Assembly (NCBI GenBank): GCA_008369845.1
Contig: MRSU01004550.1
Coordinates: forward strand, 1-57,819
Direction: 5' to 3'
DNA length: 57,819 bases
Source: Trichomonas gallinae
Taxonomy: Eukaryota
Shown here piece after piece: positions 52,424 through 57,819 of this stretch; the first letter of the stretch is position 1; the number at the start of each line of letters is the position of its first letter. The position numbers were made by a program, and so were the translations under genes. The notes beneath the pieces are model-generated. The model did no database searches. It had not been told where the DNA came from and worked only from the letters and a program-made list of their open reading frames with translations.

Positions 52424-53906
52424 TTTGTTTTTTCTTTTTTTCCCGCCAAGTTTGTAAACTATTCAAAAAGGGACCTCACCTTTTTTACTTTTTCCTCGAT
52501 ATTTAGACTTTACATATAATTACAAGCATTTTCAATGAGACCGTTTAATCCGGCGGTTATTTTGTGTTTTCGCTTTTTATTGGATATATAGAGTTTTTAG
52601 CATATACAGTTTATGTAAAACGCATTAAAAAGATGGTTTCGTAAAATTGCTTTTTGTAAAAAAAATAAAAATCACGAATTTTATTGCCATATGATATTTT
52701 AGCTTGTTCCAAGCTGGAATTTCGAGAAAACAATTGTCTCCTGCAGCGGGTCATAATTTCGTCTGATAACAAGTGAATTGAGGCAAGATTTTTGGATGTC
52801 AATTCACAGGACTGATGCTGAATTGCTTATGCGAGAAATGAAAAATAGGACTCATCTTCACCAATCCAGTAAAAAGATAATATCGCGATAAACACAAGAA
52901 GTATCTTTTCATTTTTGGATTTTTTTCTTCTATTTTATCATTATGTTGAAGATGTCATGACCTGAAAATGAATTTTAATAAATTCAAAAAATATTATTTC
53001 ATTGTTTTTAGCTAAAATCCGAAATTTAGTGATATCTCATTGAATGCTTTTTATTTAGCTCGATCTTCTAAATGTTGATTACTCAAAAAAATTAAAGATC
53101 ATCTTAATCTTTTTGTTTTTGCTTGTGAAAAATATTGATTTTTAAAAAATTAAAATCAACAAATGAAGTTATTTTAGATCTACTATAAGTTTCATTTCTA
53201 AAATTCAAGTTTGGTCAATTTATGCTAATTTTCAAAATTTTTCTCGAAAATTTTATGCATTTCAGAGTATTTTCACAGGCGAAATAGCTTCTATAACAAA
53301 GAGCGAAATATCACAATGGTGGAGAGTAGATTCGCAGAGATTTACCACTCATAATTTTGCAAATTCCTTTTTATTCGCTCTTCATACACATTATCCCAGT
53401 AGCAAAGTCCAGCTTATATATTGTCCTTTATACTGGTATAACGAATATGGCAGTGTTTTGTGTTGAAATTTATCTTTTGAGAAGATTATTATATATTTGA
53501 GAACAATAATTATAACAAACACGGAAAAATCCTATAAGGAATACATATTCGAAGTTATTTCATGTCTGTAATTCAATGAATCGCTAAATGATTGAGTTTA
53601 GTTTTTCATACATAAAATGGAGTTTATAAGTTATTTATTGTGGTTCAGCTCCCCTATATATGCAAGTTCTCAAGTAGTTATATGATTAATTATGTTATTT
53701 CATTTTAGCCACGTAATTTATTGGCTATTTTCCTATTTGGTCAATAAATTTTGCACAGATAAGCATTTCTCAGGATAGTTCTGCTACAAATATATAGTCG
53801 GCGTATAATCATATATTGAGAGATTTTGGGAGATCGATATAAATGGAAATAGTTTGATAAACAAACTCGTTTCGGATAGATAAGGCATTTTATTACAAAC
53901 AAAATA

Positions 53907-54398
53907 TTAGTTAAAGATAGGAAGCTTAGATTTGATTATAAATACTTCTTCGTACTTATTATATTCTTCCTTTGAGATGACCAACGAAAACTCTATTAAG
54001 AAGAGAAATTCTAACTCTAATATATTAAGCTCAGAAACAGGAACTCCGCCTATTACAGCCCAATCGTTGTTGGTGAGTCCACGATCCGATAAGAATTTTG
54101 ATGCTATTAAGACGCTGCATAGACATAGCTTATGTACGTTGAAAGGTGTAATAGTAATATGCGGTTGTTTCAATAATAATCGATCGAGCAGAATAAATGC
54201 AGAAAGGAAGCATGATCGGGACTCTTTCGACTTGGTGTAGAGAGAAATTAGATATTCAGCAATTGATATTTTTGGAGGATTTAACATGTTGAATCTTGTA
54301 AGGTATGGGTTGGAAAACACCAGTAGGTTGTTGCGTATCGAAGCTTCTTGCAGTGAAAAAGCAATTGTCTTTAGCATAGCTTCGTTGTTAAGAGTCAT
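53907..54398 (-). CDS. Pho80/PCL (P/U-type) cyclin
   Basis: PPKISIAEYL, SCFLSAFILLDRL, NVHKLCLCSVLIASKFLSD and WAVIGGVPVSELNILELEFLFLIEFSL. Confidence 0.92.
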   Translation of the reverse strand: MTLNNEAMLKTIAFSLQEASIRNNLLVFSNPYLTRFNMLNPPKISIAEYLISLYTKSKESRSCFLSAFILLDRLLLKQPHITITPFNVHKLCLCSVLIASKFLSDRGLTNNDWAVIGGVPVSELNILELEFLFLIEFSLVISKEEYNKYEEVFIIKSKLPIFN

Positions 54399-56457
54399 TA
54401 AAAATATTTTTATTTCTCAGAATGACCATTCGAGCTATCAATTATTAAACAGAGTTTTTCAATTTTTAAATGTTTTGATTTGTCGATTTATTATTACCTA
54501 TTATATCCATATAACATATATTTTGAATTTTTTACCCAATCAGCTTTTTTATGATATATGAAATCCATGATATTCCTTAATCATTACCCTTGCACATGAT
54601 CACACATTGAATTTGAAAACAAACAATTTGTGAAATTTTTGTTGTTATTATGTACACGAATAATAGCTGTATGTGAAAACACAAAAAATTCTATGACCAC
54701 GATTTTGAGAGTTTTATCAATTTTTTCAATAAAAAGAAAGAGCCTTTAAAATACGGCATTTCGCATCATATCGCTAAATTCCATCTCTATAGCCTATCCC
54801 ATTAAAATAGAGAAAATACGCGTAATTGAAAAGCCGGATAAATTTTGTTTCAAATTGTGTCGAAAAGTTTGTCAATGATTATAATACGGAAATCTTACTA
54901 TGTACAACAAAAAAGGCGATATAACGTGAGAATTTCGGATTTTTGATCGAACTTTGAAATTAATGATATTTTTTTTTGCCAGTACAGGTTATTATTAATG
55001 TTCAATACTATTTTAGGGTCCTATCTGCAAACCCCAGCGGATATGAACAAACGACATGTGAAATTTAAGTTTGCCGGGGTTCCAAAAAAACATCTTAACG
55101 AAAAAATGCGGAAAAAGCATATACACAACTCATCCTTTTCGTACGGTCAAGCGGATAAATCGATACTTTGGCTCATTTTTAGGTACAGATTTGAAGACTG
55201 TAACATTAAAATAACAGTTGCACATTAAACTACACTTTACATACAGCCCAATACGTGTTTCGGATCATTGGTTTCTCCATCTGTTTTGGCAATGACATTT
55301 TTTATTTTTTGTTGTCGTTCCTCTTATTCACGCAAATATCAAGACCATATAATGGAATATATTAAGGATTTGCAATTAAAAAGTGCAAAATACGATGTAG
55401 ATATCTCTTTTTCATTTTACATTTCCCTAATCTCAATAAAAATCGACCAATACCAATAATATCCTCTCTATCTCTTCAATATACCTCCATAGATCTCTTG
55501 CAATTTAATGAAAACCAAGTTTGTGGAATGTTATTTTCATTTTTTCCTGCTTAATTTTTTGGACATGTTTGAACTTTCATTTATGTCATATAGCATCATT
55601 ATCACAATATTCTCACAATTACAAGGCTTATTCACAGATATTATATTTACTTGCAACTATAATCTTGATAAAGTAAGCTCTTTTATTAAACATCATATTT
55701 ATATCTAGACAAGGTAACATCGATTATACAATCAACCTTAGTAGAAATATATTTTTCATTCGATTTTCAATTTCTATAGTAAGAAGTATCGTGCCAAATT
55801 GTACAACTACAGATTCTTAAGAATTAAAATAGTATAGTACTTTTACAATCTTTGATAATCTCTCTAAATTTCTCAAAACAAGGACTCAATGACGAATGTG
55901 AATGATATCTTATTATTCACATTCTAATACTTTATTTTATATCTAAATGAAACTAAAATATGTCGTGAAGAAATATTTCCAAAATTCTAAGAAGTCTTTT
56001 GATAAAATTTGGATTTGCAAATTGAATGCTTAAGGGTGTTTCGCTGAATTTGGATTTAACAATGTTTTTTCTAAAATGATTAAATTTTTTCATATCGCAC
56101 TTTGATGAAATTTGAAAATTTGCACATCCCCAAATGAAATCGCCATGAATATCAATGATATCCTATCTATCGATTTATGCGGAACAGGGTCATCAATGGG
56201 AAAAATCACAATTCGCGAATTATGACGTAAAATGATGTAAATATGACAACCTGACACTTTACATCGAAATTTGACATGAAAACAATCGATATGAAAATCA
56301 ATAAAAAAGAGTGAGAAATCATGGAAGTAATTTCGACAAAGCATCACAGAATACCTCGTATTGAGTAGATAACATATGCAAAGCCTGTCGCACGTTCTCT
56401 GTATCCTGACAATAGCTATGGAATAAAAACTTTTTGAGTGGTTTACGTCGTAAAAAG

Positions 56458-57198
56458 ATGTTGCGTTCAATTTGTATCTCTTCACGAGGCGGTTTTGTTC
56501 TTTTCTCAGCTGACTTTGAAGGGAGCGGGAGGAATGTTAACGGTGTTTCCGGCTTAATTACAGCTTTGACCGATATTTCGAAAAGATCAGTCGGTTTTCC
56601 GGTATCATACGTTTTGATGAAAAATCTAGCTATTACGACTGTTATGTCTGAAGAAACAGGCATTAAAGTAATCCTTTTCCATGATGCGTCTTATTTTAGA
56701 ACACTCGCACATCAAATTGCAAGCGAAATCATGAAAGCATTCATCGAGAAGTTCCCTCCGCATACATATAACGCAAATGATAACTCAATATTCAGACATT
56801 TCAGTTCTTGTTTGGGTCCATCGATAAGAAATGCTTCGTTTGCTATTTTACACTCATTAATAGAAAGATTGCGTAGTGCAATACCGTTTGCTGTCATTCT
56901 CATTGACGGAGATGCTGCTTTTACGTATCCATCTAATGCTGACTCGTTATCTGTTGCTTCAAAATCGCAGCCACTACAAATTCACTTCGGCGATATCGCC
57001 AGTTTAACAAACGACACTCCTTACGAATTAATTATCGAAGGAGTTCATCTTTACACGCATATTGTCATGTTTGGAACAGTTGTCGTATTCATACATGTTC
57101 GAGCGGATTATCATTCGCCCAAAGTTGTTTCTGATCTTTCTGAGACCTTAGATATGCTAAGATTATGTTTCCACACTTCAGAAGGACTCATGGCTTAA
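56458..57198 (+). CDS. Longin/roadblock-like domain protein
   Basis: N-terminal pattern ICISSRGGFVLFS, VSGLITAL, three strands and a helix ending MKAFIEKF fits the longin topology. A second module of similar size follows. Confidence 0.7.
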   Translation: MLRSICISSRGGFVLFSADFEGSGRNVNGVSGLITALTDISKRSVGFPVSYVLMKNLAITTVMSEETGIKVILFHDASYFRTLAHQIASEIMKAFIEKFPPHTYNANDNSIFRHFSSCLGPSIRNASFAILHSLIERLRSAIPFAVILIDGDAAFTYPSNADSLSVASKSQPLQIHFGDIASLTNDTPYELIIEGVHLYTHIVMFGTVVVFIHVRADYHSPKVVSDLSETLDMLRLCFHTSEGLMA

Positions 57199-57819
57199 TA
57201 CGATTGTTTATTTGTTTGTATACTAAATAGATATTAATTAGTTTTTGCTAGAAATCGATTTTTCCTTATTATTAATCGATCAAATCACTACCTGTTCATG
57301 TTACAACGCATGGTAATTGCTAAAATGGTCATGAGAGACTATTGATGACCAGTTGGATCAATAATCTTAAAGTTGGTCAATAATTCGCAAAGAGTTTTAC
57401 TTCAATTTATGAAATTTTAACATATATGATTTCATAAACGATAAATCAGTCATTACTGGTACCGATCTTATTCGGAGAGATTTGCCAAAATGAGATCAAA
57501 AATAAGATGACCAAATAAAGGCATTACCAGCCGAATCTCATTGATATATATTCATTTTACTCTAAGATATGACATACAATTGTGTCCATTAATTTTTACT
57601 ATTATTTGTCTTATGAATGAGCCAATAAGAATAAAAATTTCATTTCTTACCGAATTTACAGAAGAATATAATTTTATGATGTATATGGAATTATGCGAAT
57701 TAATATGGGAGGACATTGCGCCTAATTTGATTCGACTTGACTGTCCCCCGTTTTTCTGATGTCAGACAGCTTTTTCGATACGTATTCAATTTCTCGGGAC
57801 CCAAAGTGGCAGGACAAGA

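Noticed and set aside
52716..52810. Hairpin GTGAATTGA/TCAATTCAC with nearby ATAACA and ACA (H/ACA-like)
   Set aside because: Hairpins are too short to hold a guide pocket, and the boxes are low-information in AT-rich DNA.
55030..55081. AACCCC/GGGGTT-closed imperfect hairpin
   Set aside because: Short stem relying on G.U pairs, with no supporting motifs.
56220..56285. Degenerate TGAC..GTAAA-like words upstream of the longin-like gene
   Set aside because: Too far from the 11-bp consensus to count as a cluster without a position-weight-matrix score.
57690..57819. Slightly GC-richer right edge, possible element terminus or gene start
   Set aside because: Truncated by the window; no inverted-repeat partner or ORF to support a call.

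Overview
AT-rich, essentially intron-free eukaryotic DNA. The gene families (BspA-type LRR proteins, Myb proteins, CARMIL-like LRR, F5/8-like proteins), Inr-like TCA(C/T)T motifs just before ATGs and TAAA overlapping stop codons point to a trichomonad, most likely Trichomonas vaginalis or a close relative (inference). About 20 intact genes are present: truncated UBR4-type E3 ligase, PH-AGC kinase, dynamin-related GTPase, profilin, 3R- and 2R-Myb, CK1-family kinase, Cbf5/dyskerin, RPSA, CYRI/FAM49, pyridoxal kinase, CARMIL-like protein, PX protein, cyclin, a longin-like protein and two large repeat proteins. They are interspersed with start-less or frameshifted copies of surface-protein families. 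I recognised no transposase, rRNA, tRNA or CRISPR. The most unusual signals are: (1) an 11-bp near-palindromic motif (TTTACRYGWCA) in about 30 copies, clustered in intergenic DNA and in places at 21-bp helical phase; (2) a 982-aa cationic amphipathic-helix repeat protein; (3) several long open surface-gene bodies with no usable ATG, three of which share a Cys plus hydrophobic C-terminal tail; (4) a 1530-aa beta-hairpin repeat protein; (5) GC-rich intergenic hairpins. Everything was read by eye with no searches run, so counts and boundaries are approximate.
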